A stretch of 64,000 nucleotides of DNA from Mayamaea pseudoterrestris (Eukaryota): contig BROI01000008.1 of the NCBI GenBank assembly GCA_027923505.1, positions 620,001 to 684,000 of the forward strand. Direction: 5' to 3'. A program made the position numbers and the translations under genes. How positions within the stretch are numbered: position 1 is the stretch's first letter; each line of letters starts with the position of its first letter. The notes beneath the pieces were generated by a model. That model searched no databases. It had not been told where the DNA came from and was given only the letters and a program-made list of their open reading frames with translations. Below are positions 24,606-33,399 of the stretch, piece after piece.

Positions 24606-24874
24606 AAAGTGTGCCATTGTGCTTGGCGCCGCCATTATGTAAAACATTAAGGATGACTAGCGTACGATAGAGTAATGGATAACGGATTCACGATTCATGT
24701 TTTTTAAGCGCATGTTGCAGTGGAAATTTTGCGATGGCCTAGCTAATGTACGTCCGTTGACGGTTATCGAATGAAAACCGCAGCCGCGTTTTTCTTTCGT
24801 GCAAAAACGGAAGCAAGTGAATCTCACCATTTCCCCACCATTGGTCCCATTTCAACTTCATACTTCTCTCATAA

Positions 24875-26656
24875 ATGTACAAGTCGACAGCTATGAAAGC
24901 TGTATGGCTTTTGCTCTCATACTTAGCGCGTGCCGACGCTAAAGTTGAGAGCCAGACGGAAAGCATCAGCATCAATGCCGTCGATATGGATTCTGCTCCA
25001 GCTCGGCAACTTAGCTTTCAACGAATCGTCAACTATGAACCTCGCTCCCAGGTCACGGATATTGCGGCGCTCGACTTGGATCAAAAGGTTCTCGAGGAGG
25101 AGCTTTTCCTGGGTCACATGAAGAAAGCTCAAATCGTTTACACGCAGGGAGGCCATTCACGCTCCTTTGCTTCCGTCAAAATCAAGCACACAAACGCAGC
25201 TTTTATCAAGGGTACCATTGTCTATGCCCCGTCAGCGACTGGTAAAGAAGTCACTGGGGTGCTGATGGAGACTGTTCAGTGGCCAAAGGGAAATGAGACG
25301 GAGAAGATTGTGAAGATTGCATATCAAACGAGTGACGTACAAAGTCAATACGTGGGTTGCCAAGTTGGGGGACTTTATGAGCTCCAGATGGCAAACAGGG
25401 ATGGCTGTTTCAAATCACAAGGTGAAATGACCTTTCAGACCGACTCGTCGGTGTCATTACCAAAGCTTCAGTATGCGTACGATGTACGGCTTGACAACAA
25501 TAATGCTAGGACACTCCAACGACTAAGCACCATGGCGACAGATTCGATGCGAATTGGACGGTGTACAAGTGACATTTGTCCATACATGCCTGACTTTCAA
25601 AAGTTTGTCAACTACTATGGCGACGCAGACTATGGCAACAACTGGGTCACGAGTGCATTCGCCAATAGTACGACTGACTTCAGTAGTGGTCTTGGTAACG
25701 TTGATTTTACAATGCTTACCTTCAATGTCGGACGAGCCGAGGCCATTTCCAAAGGGAGTGCCTACATGATTGTCTTAATGGAAGTTATTCGGGAACTGGA
25801 AGATGCCATTACGGATTGTGAGCGTAGGTGCGACCCAACCGAATGTAACGAAGCCCAGTACTACTCGATTGACGCTGCTGCCGCCTTGTACACTGGGAGT
25901 CTTGAAAAGGGAGACGGACTCGACACTGGCAAGTTTCTGTACTATCTGGCAGACCGACGCTGCATCGACTTTATGACTTGTGGCGAGAATTCGAACAAGA
26001 ACACTGGCATTTCTAGAACCAACCTGCAAGTCATTCGCGAAATGGAGAAGGCGCAGCTGGGTCTGCTCCAAAACCAGTGCAATGTTGCTCGTACGTCGAA
26101 GGAAACAATTGTCAACTACATCAAAGTCCCTTTGGTGCAAAGTGTTTTGCAGTTTGCTTTTGTCAGACAGTACCAGAATCCTACAGTTGCTGATATTGCT
26201 GAACAAGTTGAGGCGGAAGGAGCGACATTCACAGCAGCTTTACTTCCGTGGATTCATGCCTGCAATTCGCAGCACGCGAGCGATATTTACAACCAAATGA
26301 AAATTGGATCAAAAGCTAGTGATGTCAATTTCAAGAAACTGAAGGCATCACTCGAATCAATTTACCCATGTCTTGGAATTACTTGTGGCGACGTTGGTGG
26401 CATTCACACGGTCAACGGCTACCACAAGGGCGCGGAGCCATGCAATGACGGTACGGTCATTGCGCCCCAACCCAAGGAAGAGGAGAGCGCTTCAACGAAT
26501 GGAGCGAAGGGAGGGAAAGTCTTTGGGGCACTCGTCGGATCAGTTTGCGCCGTTCTCCTAGCGGTAATTGCCGTTCGACGACGGCGCGCACGCAAGAGAA
26601 ACCGCAACACGAATAAGAGGTTCAGCAACATTGCAGCAGTAGCTGAGATAGCATAA
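24875..26656 (+). CDS. FEA1 / low-iron-inducible periplasmic domain type I membrane protein, copy B (intronless)
   Basis: Signal peptide, RQL, AALDLDQ, VYTQGGHS, FVNYYGDADYG, RELEDAITDC, LYTGSLE, LADRRC, VPLVQ, YPCLGITCGDVGG, TM and basic tail; clear paralogue of copy A. Confidence 0.82.
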   Translation: MYKSTAMKAVWLLLSYLARADAKVESQTESISINAVDMDSAPARQLSFQRIVNYEPRSQVTDIAALDLDQKVLEEELFLGHMKKAQIVYTQGGHSRSFASVKIKHTNAAFIKGTIVYAPSATGKEVTGVLMETVQWPKGNETEKIVKIAYQTSDVQSQYVGCQVGGLYELQMANRDGCFKSQGEMTFQTDSSVSLPKLQYAYDVRLDNNNARTLQRLSTMATDSMRIGRCTSDICPYMPDFQKFVNYYGDADYGNNWVTSAFANSTTDFSSGLGNVDFTMLTFNVGRAEAISKGSAYMIVLMEVIRELEDAITDCERRCDPTECNEAQYYSIDAAAALYTGSLEKGDGLDTGKFLYYLADRRCIDFMTCGENSNKNTGISRTNLQVIREMEKAQLGLLQNQCNVARTSKETIVNYIKVPLVQSVLQFAFVRQYQNPTVADIAEQVEAEGATFTAALLPWIHACNSQHASDIYNQMKIGSKASDVNFKKLKASLESIYPCLGITCGDVGGIHTVNGYHKGAEPCNDGTVIAPQPKEEESASTNGAKGGKVFGALVGSVCAVLLAVIAVRRRRARKRNRNTNKRFSNIAAVAEIA

Positions 26657-26680
26657 AGAGTGAAATAGTTTACAGTTAAT

Positions 26681-27533
26681 CTACGCTTTGTTTTCACTTT
26701 GCTTGCTAATCGGCATACGATATATATGTGTTCCGGAGTGGCTCGTTTCGACTGGCGTCCAGTTTGGGATAGCAAAAACATTTGATAAAACAAACGCACC
26801 TGGCTTCAGTTCATTTTGCAACTTGATTCCTAAATCTTTCATCATCGGCGATAACCCATACTGCGACGCAAGGCGAGCAGTGAAAACGGTGAGTCGACCT
26901 ATCGTTGCACAACTGCCACCTCTCGGCATGATAAACTCAAAACCGTACCACGGCAACAACGTCAACGTCGGCCAGATCCACTTTCCATATATCGCCCAAA
27001 TGAAATTGTGTCAGTTTCCAATACTTGGGAGTTAATAGTTTACGTAGTTGAGCAAAACCATGAAGCATTGGATTGATTTCAAATCCATCACAACTGCTGA
27101 AGACATCCTCTCTCGCGGCGCGAAAGACAACCCTTCCGTCCCCGCTGCCCAAGTCTACAAACTTGGGTCTTCCCTTGCTGATGTCCGTAGCCATTTTACG
27201 AAAATCGTCATTTGAGTGAAGCTGTGCAAACATTCTGTCCAAATTATTTCGCTTCGTAGGAAGATATGGAGCTCCTCGTCCTCGAAGAACTGGAAAAAGA
27301 CTTATCAGAGCCATGACATTAAACGCCATGACACCACTGGCAGCCATTACCATGGTGATTTGCTTCTTTGACCAACTACCAGTGTTAGGTGATGCCGACT
27401 GACGATCATCTCCAAATACGTCGGCAAATTCTGCCGCAATGTCGGCGGGAAGACCAGCCTCGATGATTATATCTTTTAGCGATCCATTACCATCTGCTCT
27501 TCTGTCATCTTTTCTCGGCGGCTTGGACTCCAT
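26681..27533 (-). CDS. FAM173 (ATPSCKMT/ANTKMT)-like lysine methyltransferase (exons 27533-26949, 26860-26681)
   Basis: TM followed by APYLPT; motif I VDLGSGDGRVV; GFEINP; spliced VVAVYGLSPMM..L..KL..EL.PG..V.SNVF. Intron 26861-26948. Confidence 0.82.
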
Positions 27534-27826
27534 TACTCGTAATTGCAGTACTTGTATAACTATTGGTGGCTCGGAGCGGATTTACGCGTCGACTTCACTA
27601 TTAATTGCGCGACGTCTCGAGTAATGCAAGTTGTCGCAGCGTTTATGGATCAGCTATTGTCGAAGGTTTTATTAGTGCAAGTCTTTACAGTGCTGTCTTC
27701 ACGGTCGATGCCACCGAACAACAATACCCGAGTATACTACCAGTCGGGTGTATGTGATTCTGTTTACTTCAAACAGTTATAAGCTAATGGTAACACATAT
27801 TTCCGCTCCAATAAATTGCATCACAA

Positions 27827-29617
27827 TCATTGGAGCATTCCGTCCAGACACAAAAGCGATGCAGCAACACCAATCTGTGGCAGCAAAACAGTGGCCAAAG
27901 GCGTCTCTCGCAGCATATAGCTGTCATCGTCTACTCCTTCGACAGACTCCTTCAAAACGTTCAACAGCTCAAAGCGACAAGGATGTAACTGCTGTCGGTA
28001 GTATTCAAGTAACGCTGTAGTGGAGCTGCCAGAACACTTTTCAATTTCTAATAGCGTTTTCGACCACGCCACTTGCTCTTGCCATGCATCCCAAGCTCGC
28101 ATCATTTCGTAGCTACGCTGCTCTTTTGCCATTTCGGAGTCATCAGCTGCCGCGGGGCTTGAACCTTCTTTTAAGAGCAAAGACTCGTCATCGGTTTGGG
28201 AACACTCCAAATTTGTTTCGCCAGCTCGCCTTCGCTTCTTAGCTCTGGTTGCTTGCGACGCGAGTCGCTTCATCGTCGTCCCCGCGCTGCTAACGAAATA
28301 TGCCATTGATCCACAAACGGTTGATAGTTTGGCATCACCTCGGCCCTTTCGGTGCCAATAAAGACACAAAAGCCGAATGGACGCCTCTGCAACAGGGGGA
28401 AGTCCGAGCTGCAGAAGTATATGATCCACAAAACTCACAACATTTGCAGATCCTTCCAAAGCCAGGTTTTTCGCCTCTAAAGACAAGGGCTTTGCGACTA
28501 CAGATGCAGACTGTACCACTTTCGGGAAAAACTTCTCAACTTCCCTCATCGCTTTGGCGCAGTGTTTCTTCTTTATAAACTCTCCAGTGGTATCAAGAAA
28601 AGTATCTTCTATCTCAGGCGTCCTTATACTGGTGCAAATTTCTTGCATTGATCGCTCATGGGAGTGTCGTCGGCCCATATATAGTAAAATAGCAGCAACA
28701 ATCGCTCCTGCTTGCTTTAACTTGTTGTACTCGTGAAGTGCACTCGAGGCTCGTCGTTGTACCTCCTTATCCATATTCGTTGGCGGCGCGTCGTGTTTGC
28801 GTTGCAAGGTACTTGACACACCTCGCACTACAATCCCGTCACGGCGGGAGGCATACTCGCAGAGTATACTGATAGCTTCGTTTGCAACTCGGTCTGGAAA
28901 GTTTAATGTGCGAGCTGCCATTGTGAGTATTGTGTACGCCTGATATAAGTCGTGCGCACATTGTCTTAGTTGCTGCTTTTGCTTGGCTTCCAAGGCCTCG
29001 TCGTCAAAGTCGGGGCAATCGCTGCCTGCACTACTTTCCAACTGCTCGTGCGCAGACCCATATAGGCGCAGCGCTCGGGAGAGCGACCACTTGTTCGCGT
29101 TCAAAGCGACTTGCATTCGGTTCGCATCTTCTTCCTCCTGCAGCAACATCTGCGCAATCTCTGGCCGTACTTCATGCTCCATCGACTCGAGCTGCCTTCC
29201 CTTTGCGACAATTGCTCGGACCACTCTGGCATCTTCCACTTCCTTTCCATGCATCTTTTCCATAATTCTATCATTTTTCCGATTCATTCGGACTAACGTT
29301 TTTCGAATTGATGCCGATGATTGATACGGCGCGCCGTGGATATACTTGGACAAACACGTTGGCTGCAGTCCGCCAAAGTATTTTGTCTCGTCAACGTAGA
29401 CGAGGCCACACCTTGCCTTGTCCTTAACGACATCATCACCCATATCATTGTAATCAATCCATTCTGGTCGACCATCCAAAAGTTTCTCCTCATTGACGAC
29501 TCCGCAGTAGGTGCAAATGAGGTCACCTTGAGCCCAGTCGACGCGAAGAGCCGCCGTCCGACACGACCGACAACATGAGTTCTTATCGCCCTCCCGAAAG
29601 GCTGCCACAGCCGCCAT
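27827..29617 (-). CDS. Divergent TFIIB-related factor (N-terminal zinc ribbon, cyclin-fold-like repeats)
   Basis: CRSC..LRVDWAQGDLICTYCGVV.EEKLLD.RPEW zinc ribbon and B-reader; AAILLYMGRRHSHERSMQEI helix typical of cyclin repeat 1. Confidence 0.72.
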   Translation of the reverse strand: MAAVAAFREGDKNSCCRSCRTAALRVDWAQGDLICTYCGVVNEEKLLDGRPEWIDYNDMGDDVVKDKARCGLVYVDETKYFGGLQPTCLSKYIHGAPYQSSASIRKTLVRMNRKNDRIMEKMHGKEVEDARVVRAIVAKGRQLESMEHEVRPEIAQMLLQEEEDANRMQVALNANKWSLSRALRLYGSAHEQLESSAGSDCPDFDDEALEAKQKQQLRQCAHDLYQAYTILTMAARTLNFPDRVANEAISILCEYASRRDGIVVRGVSSTLQRKHDAPPTNMDKEVQRRASSALHEYNKLKQAGAIVAAILLYMGRRHSHERSMQEICTSIRTPEIEDTFLDTTGEFIKKKHCAKAMREVEKFFPKVVQSASVVAKPLSLEAKNLALEGSANVVSFVDHILLQLGLPPVAEASIRLLCLYWHRKGRGDAKLSTVCGSMAYFVSSAGTTMKRLASQATRAKKRRRAGETNLECSQTDDESLLLKEGSSPAAADDSEMAKEQRSYEMMRAWDAWQEQVAWSKTLLEIEKCSGSSTTALLEYYRQQLHPCRFELLNVLKESVEGVDDDSYMLRETPLATVLLPQIGVAASLLCLDGMLQ

Positions 29618-29673
29618 TGTCGCTTGTATAGGTGACTTTGGGCGATGAGTATGTATTGATAGCAAACTACTGC

Positions 29674-29777
29674 ACTACCGGTAGTCCCTCGCTCGGCAAA
29701 TCCCAGCAGGTTGCAGACACAATTCTTTGTTCGCCGCGATGGTTGGTTTTGGAGCGAGATTGTAAACCGGTACGACA
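29674..29777. promoter_or_regulatory. ACCGGTA-core motifs in the TFIIB-like/RRP41 divergent promoter
   Basis: Perfect 12-bp palindrome ACTACCGGTAGT (29674-29685) and TGTAAACCGGTACGACA (29761-29777); the same core recurs in other intergenic regions. Confidence 0.4.
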
Positions 29778-29903
29778 GCACGACACTCTCTCACCACCAA
29801 GCGTTTGGCAAACATGACATTCGATTTCAGATCTTCATTCCATTTACAGTTAGAACCCGCGACTGTGCACCAACTACGGTACGCTGTGTGAACTCTGTTC
29901 CGG

Positions 29904-30722
29904 ATGAGCGCATCTATAAGGCGAACCGATATATTAGCACTAGCTAATTTGCGGGACGATGGACGCAAGCCTCATGACATACGTCAATTACGGATCCAAA
30001 TGGGTCCACTTTCGGGAGACGGAAGCTCCGTCGGAGGATCAGCTCTCATTGAAATGGGTTTGACGGTAGCATTAGCTACAGTACGTGGTCCCGTCGAATG
30101 TTTGAGACGATCAGATGAGCTACCCGATAAGGCCATTCTTCAGGTGACCGTCATGACGGCTCCGTTCAGCCCCGCCATGGATCGACGCACCGCTAATCCA
30201 CATAATGATCGAAGGCTCATCGAAAGCTCCAACATGATTCGCCAAGCACTCGAAGCATCTGTGATGCTACACTTGTATCCTAGAGCTCGCATCGAAATCA
30301 ATGTCATGATCCTTGCGGACGACGGTGGCCGCCTCTGCGCCGCGACCAACGCCGCTTCGCTAGCACTCATTGACGCGGGTATACCAATGAAGGACTTTGT
30401 CTGTGCGTGTACCGCTGGCTATGCTACGTCATTGGACATGGAAAAAACGCTGGTGGATTTGAACTATCGCGAAGAATCATCCATGGCGGGACAGCCAGCC
30501 GTGCAGTTGACTGCTGCAATGATGCCGCAACGCAACACCTTGGTTCTCTCGCAATGTGAAGCAAGACTTCCGTCGTTCGATGCCATGGAGCGAGTCCTAG
30601 AGACTGCCATGGATGGATGTCAGGCTATTTTTAAAACCATGCAAGCAGCTGTGCGAGAGCGAACGTTGTCGCTATATACAATGCGAAACAAGAAAGCAGC
30701 TGTCACATTGACATATTCATGA
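29904..30722 (+). CDS. RRP41: Exosome complex component Rrp41 (RNase PH family)
   Basis: LRDDGRKPHDIR, GSALIEMGLTVALATVRGP, APFS, LYPRARIEINVMILADDGG, NAASLALIDAGIPM, VDLNYREE. Confidence 0.93.
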   Translation: MSASIRRTDILALANLRDDGRKPHDIRQLRIQMGPLSGDGSSVGGSALIEMGLTVALATVRGPVECLRRSDELPDKAILQVTVMTAPFSPAMDRRTANPHNDRRLIESSNMIRQALEASVMLHLYPRARIEINVMILADDGGRLCAATNAASLALIDAGIPMKDFVCACTAGYATSLDMEKTLVDLNYREESSMAGQPAVQLTAAMMPQRNTLVLSQCEARLPSFDAMERVLETAMDGCQAIFKTMQAAVRERTLSLYTMRNKKAAVTLTYS

Positions 30723-31708
30723 TGCTTGTCTCGATACTTTATTTTCGTCAACCTTTGGTTGGGACGTTTTTGGCGGTAAGTAAAAAGCAATACGATCATC
30801 ATATGGCCAATCTTTGTGAACGAATGAGGAAATGCGATAAACTTTTCATACTTTTCCGATGAGTCGCAAGACTCTCTGAAGATGAACATTCCTGTGGTTC
30901 TGACGTTTGCACGGGGCAGTGACGACAACATTTGCATATTCTTGACTTGCCGTTCAAATTCGGTAGCGTGGATGTATAATCTTTGAGATCGGCAGCCCCA
31001 TGATGATTCTTGCACTAAATCTGCTTGTAGCACGAGCACACCGACTCACGTCTCTGTTGCTTCTGTCTTTTTTCCTTAGAACAGTGCCAGGGGGTAAGTA
31101 AATAATTTGGATCACCGAAGCTTTATATTCTCGGCACCATGGGCGTACCGGCACCTTACCTATCAATCCGTCCGAATGGAGCTTGCTGTTGACGCATGCA
31201 TGCATGTATTTTAATCTACTTACCTAGCACCTGTTCCTAATGGACCAGTCGCTGTTGCAGCACATCAAAGTTGGGTGGATGATGTAAAGTAGATTGCGCT
31301 TTTATGAGCTATCCAAAAAACGTTCCCATCCACACCATGAGGGAAGGATCAAAAGAGATTCCTTCGGGTGTGCCGGAAGTTTGCCGGCCTTCGAGGAACT
31401 CACTCAACTTTGGGTCTATTTGGATGCTAGATGTGTAAGCGTCCTTATGAGGTAGCTTTATTACTGCACGTGTGTACAGCTCTTTCGACAACTATCTACT
31501 GGTAGGTATCAGGTAGACAAGTGCGCGCCTGTCCAGACTGGGTCATCGACTGTTGCTATGAATTCAAAATATTTATACATAGCATGAAACGTGATTCGTA
31601 TCATTATCTAAGTACCACCTTCAAACTCATTTGAATGGCACGCAAGGCCCCCATTATTGGTATCCGTGCACCTTGCTTTTCGCGAATTTCATTTTCCAAA
31701 GCTTGACC

Positions 31709-33352
31709 ATGAGCATGAACCATTGGACGCACCACGACGACAGTCAGGGCGCTCGTCAGGGCGCTCCTCCATCGTACTCCCATCAAGAAATGAGCTTACA
31801 TGGAGGATCGGCGTTTTCTGCCCCATCGCAAGGGCAGTATGGATCTTCAGGAAATTACTCATCGCATCAACCGCACATGTATGGAGGTTATGGACAGCTT
31901 CAACAGCCAGGTCCTCCTCCACCTCCTGAGCACCAGAACCATCAGTCAAATTCATCGGCTTATCCTTATTCTTCGAGTCGCGCGCTTCAGTATCAGCAGC
32001 AACGAGGCCATCCGTCATATAGCAGTAACACCATGAGCGGTCAGCATGGATACCAAGCATATCCTCCATTTCAACCGCACCAGCAACATCGTCTGAATGG
32101 ACCTCCCCTACCAGTGCACTACGATAATATGTCGTATCAACCGCAGCAACAGGCGCCCCAGGCATTTCACTACAATGGCGCTCACCAAGGCAATAGTACT
32201 TTCTACCGATCATTTCATCAACAGCAAAGCTCGTCAAGTCGCAGCTCGTCCGACACTCCGGCAAGCCACATGTCGGCCATCACGTTTGACTATGTACCTC
32301 CAGGCCTCCAGTTTCCTCGCCATTCGACGCCGGCTCCGTTTGATTCGAGGACTCCATCACCAGATATACCTGTTCCTCCCAATTTCCTCAAAAATGTTGC
32401 TTCGGCTCATTCAAAGCTTCCAAATCCTATGGCTACTAGGATTGGCGATGCAAATAATGCACCGCTTCGCGAGTCGCAACGCTTCAACGTAAACGAAGGT
32501 TTAGAGGAAAACACAAATATGTTTAGAGGACGCAACAACAAAATGTCGATCACTGTTGAAACTGGCACCTCAGAACCAACTCCGTCGTTGTTGGCAGTGA
32601 ACGAGTCAACCAAGGACAAGCCTGCCGTTTTAGTCAGCGACGCGACCCTATTGCTGGGATTACGGACGCTGAGCCCCGCCGGGACGTGTGCATCACACGA
32701 CACTGGTTCATTGACGTTGGACTTAAATGGCGATCATAACACGGTCGCCACGGACAATTCTACCATCGCCACCGTGGAGTCATCCTTTCAAAAATCAATA
32801 GAAAGCGCGACACCGCAAACGCAGCAAGCCTTGCCGCTGACTATTCCCAAGGACTACCCTCGTCGTCTCGCCTTGGACGGCGATGAGACTCAGCTCAACT
32901 CGCTTCACTGCTATATCCGCCGCAGCTTGCTAGAGATTTTTGTTGTCAAGCGCAAGACGAATGTTGCCGACGTGACTCCGACGACAAACTCCAGCGCCGG
33001 CCGAGTGGGACTGCGATGTGTGTTTTGCGCCATGGCTCGCCAAAACGACCCAAACGGCAAGAATGAAGCTCCTATGGCTGTTTTCTACCCGCGCACCGTC
33101 AATGAAATCTATCGCCTAGTGACCTCGTGGCAGCGATGCCATTTACGCAAGTGCCGCAACCTGCCGCCGTCCATTCGCGCGGAATGGAACAGTGTTCGGG
33201 AGGCAGAGAAATGCAGAGGCAAGACGAGCTATTGGGTGGATAGTGCAAGGGAGATTGGATTGGTTGATTGCGTTAGCAAGGCGGGAGGTATTCATTTCTG
33301 CCTACCTCGTGCGAATGACGACCCTAGAGACGTTGAACCTTTTGTGCTGTAA
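31709..33352 (+). CDS. Uncharacterised protein with Q/H/P/S/Y-rich low-complexity N-terminus and C-terminal Cys/His domain (putative transcription regulator)
   Basis: Start MSMNHW at 31709; C-terminal LNSLHCYIR..LEIF, GRVGLRCVFC, AVFYP, WQRCHLRKC, YWVDSAREIGLVD, a domain pattern I recall from diatom proteins. Confidence 0.75.
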   Translation: MSMNHWTHHDDSQGARQGAPPSYSHQEMSLHGGSAFSAPSQGQYGSSGNYSSHQPHMYGGYGQLQQPGPPPPPEHQNHQSNSSAYPYSSSRALQYQQQRGHPSYSSNTMSGQHGYQAYPPFQPHQQHRLNGPPLPVHYDNMSYQPQQQAPQAFHYNGAHQGNSTFYRSFHQQQSSSSRSSSDTPASHMSAITFDYVPPGLQFPRHSTPAPFDSRTPSPDIPVPPNFLKNVASAHSKLPNPMATRIGDANNAPLRESQRFNVNEGLEENTNMFRGRNNKMSITVETGTSEPTPSLLAVNESTKDKPAVLVSDATLLLGLRTLSPAGTCASHDTGSLTLDLNGDHNTVATDNSTIATVESSFQKSIESATPQTQQALPLTIPKDYPRRLALDGDETQLNSLHCYIRRSLLEIFVVKRKTNVADVTPTTNSSAGRVGLRCVFCAMARQNDPNGKNEAPMAVFYPRTVNEIYRLVTSWQRCHLRKCRNLPPSIRAEWNSVREAEKCRGKTSYWVDSAREIGLVDCVSKAGGIHFCLPRANDDPRDVEPFVL

Positions 33353-33399
33353 TTAAACTAAAAGCTGCGATGTTTACCATTGAGCTGATTTTCCATTAA

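Noticed and set aside
30723..31708. Short ORFs (30620-31039, 30954-31205, 31309-31491) and an ATGC repeat in a 1-kb gap
   Set aside because: No recognisable domains, splice pattern or terminal repeats; treated as the upstream region of the 31709 gene.
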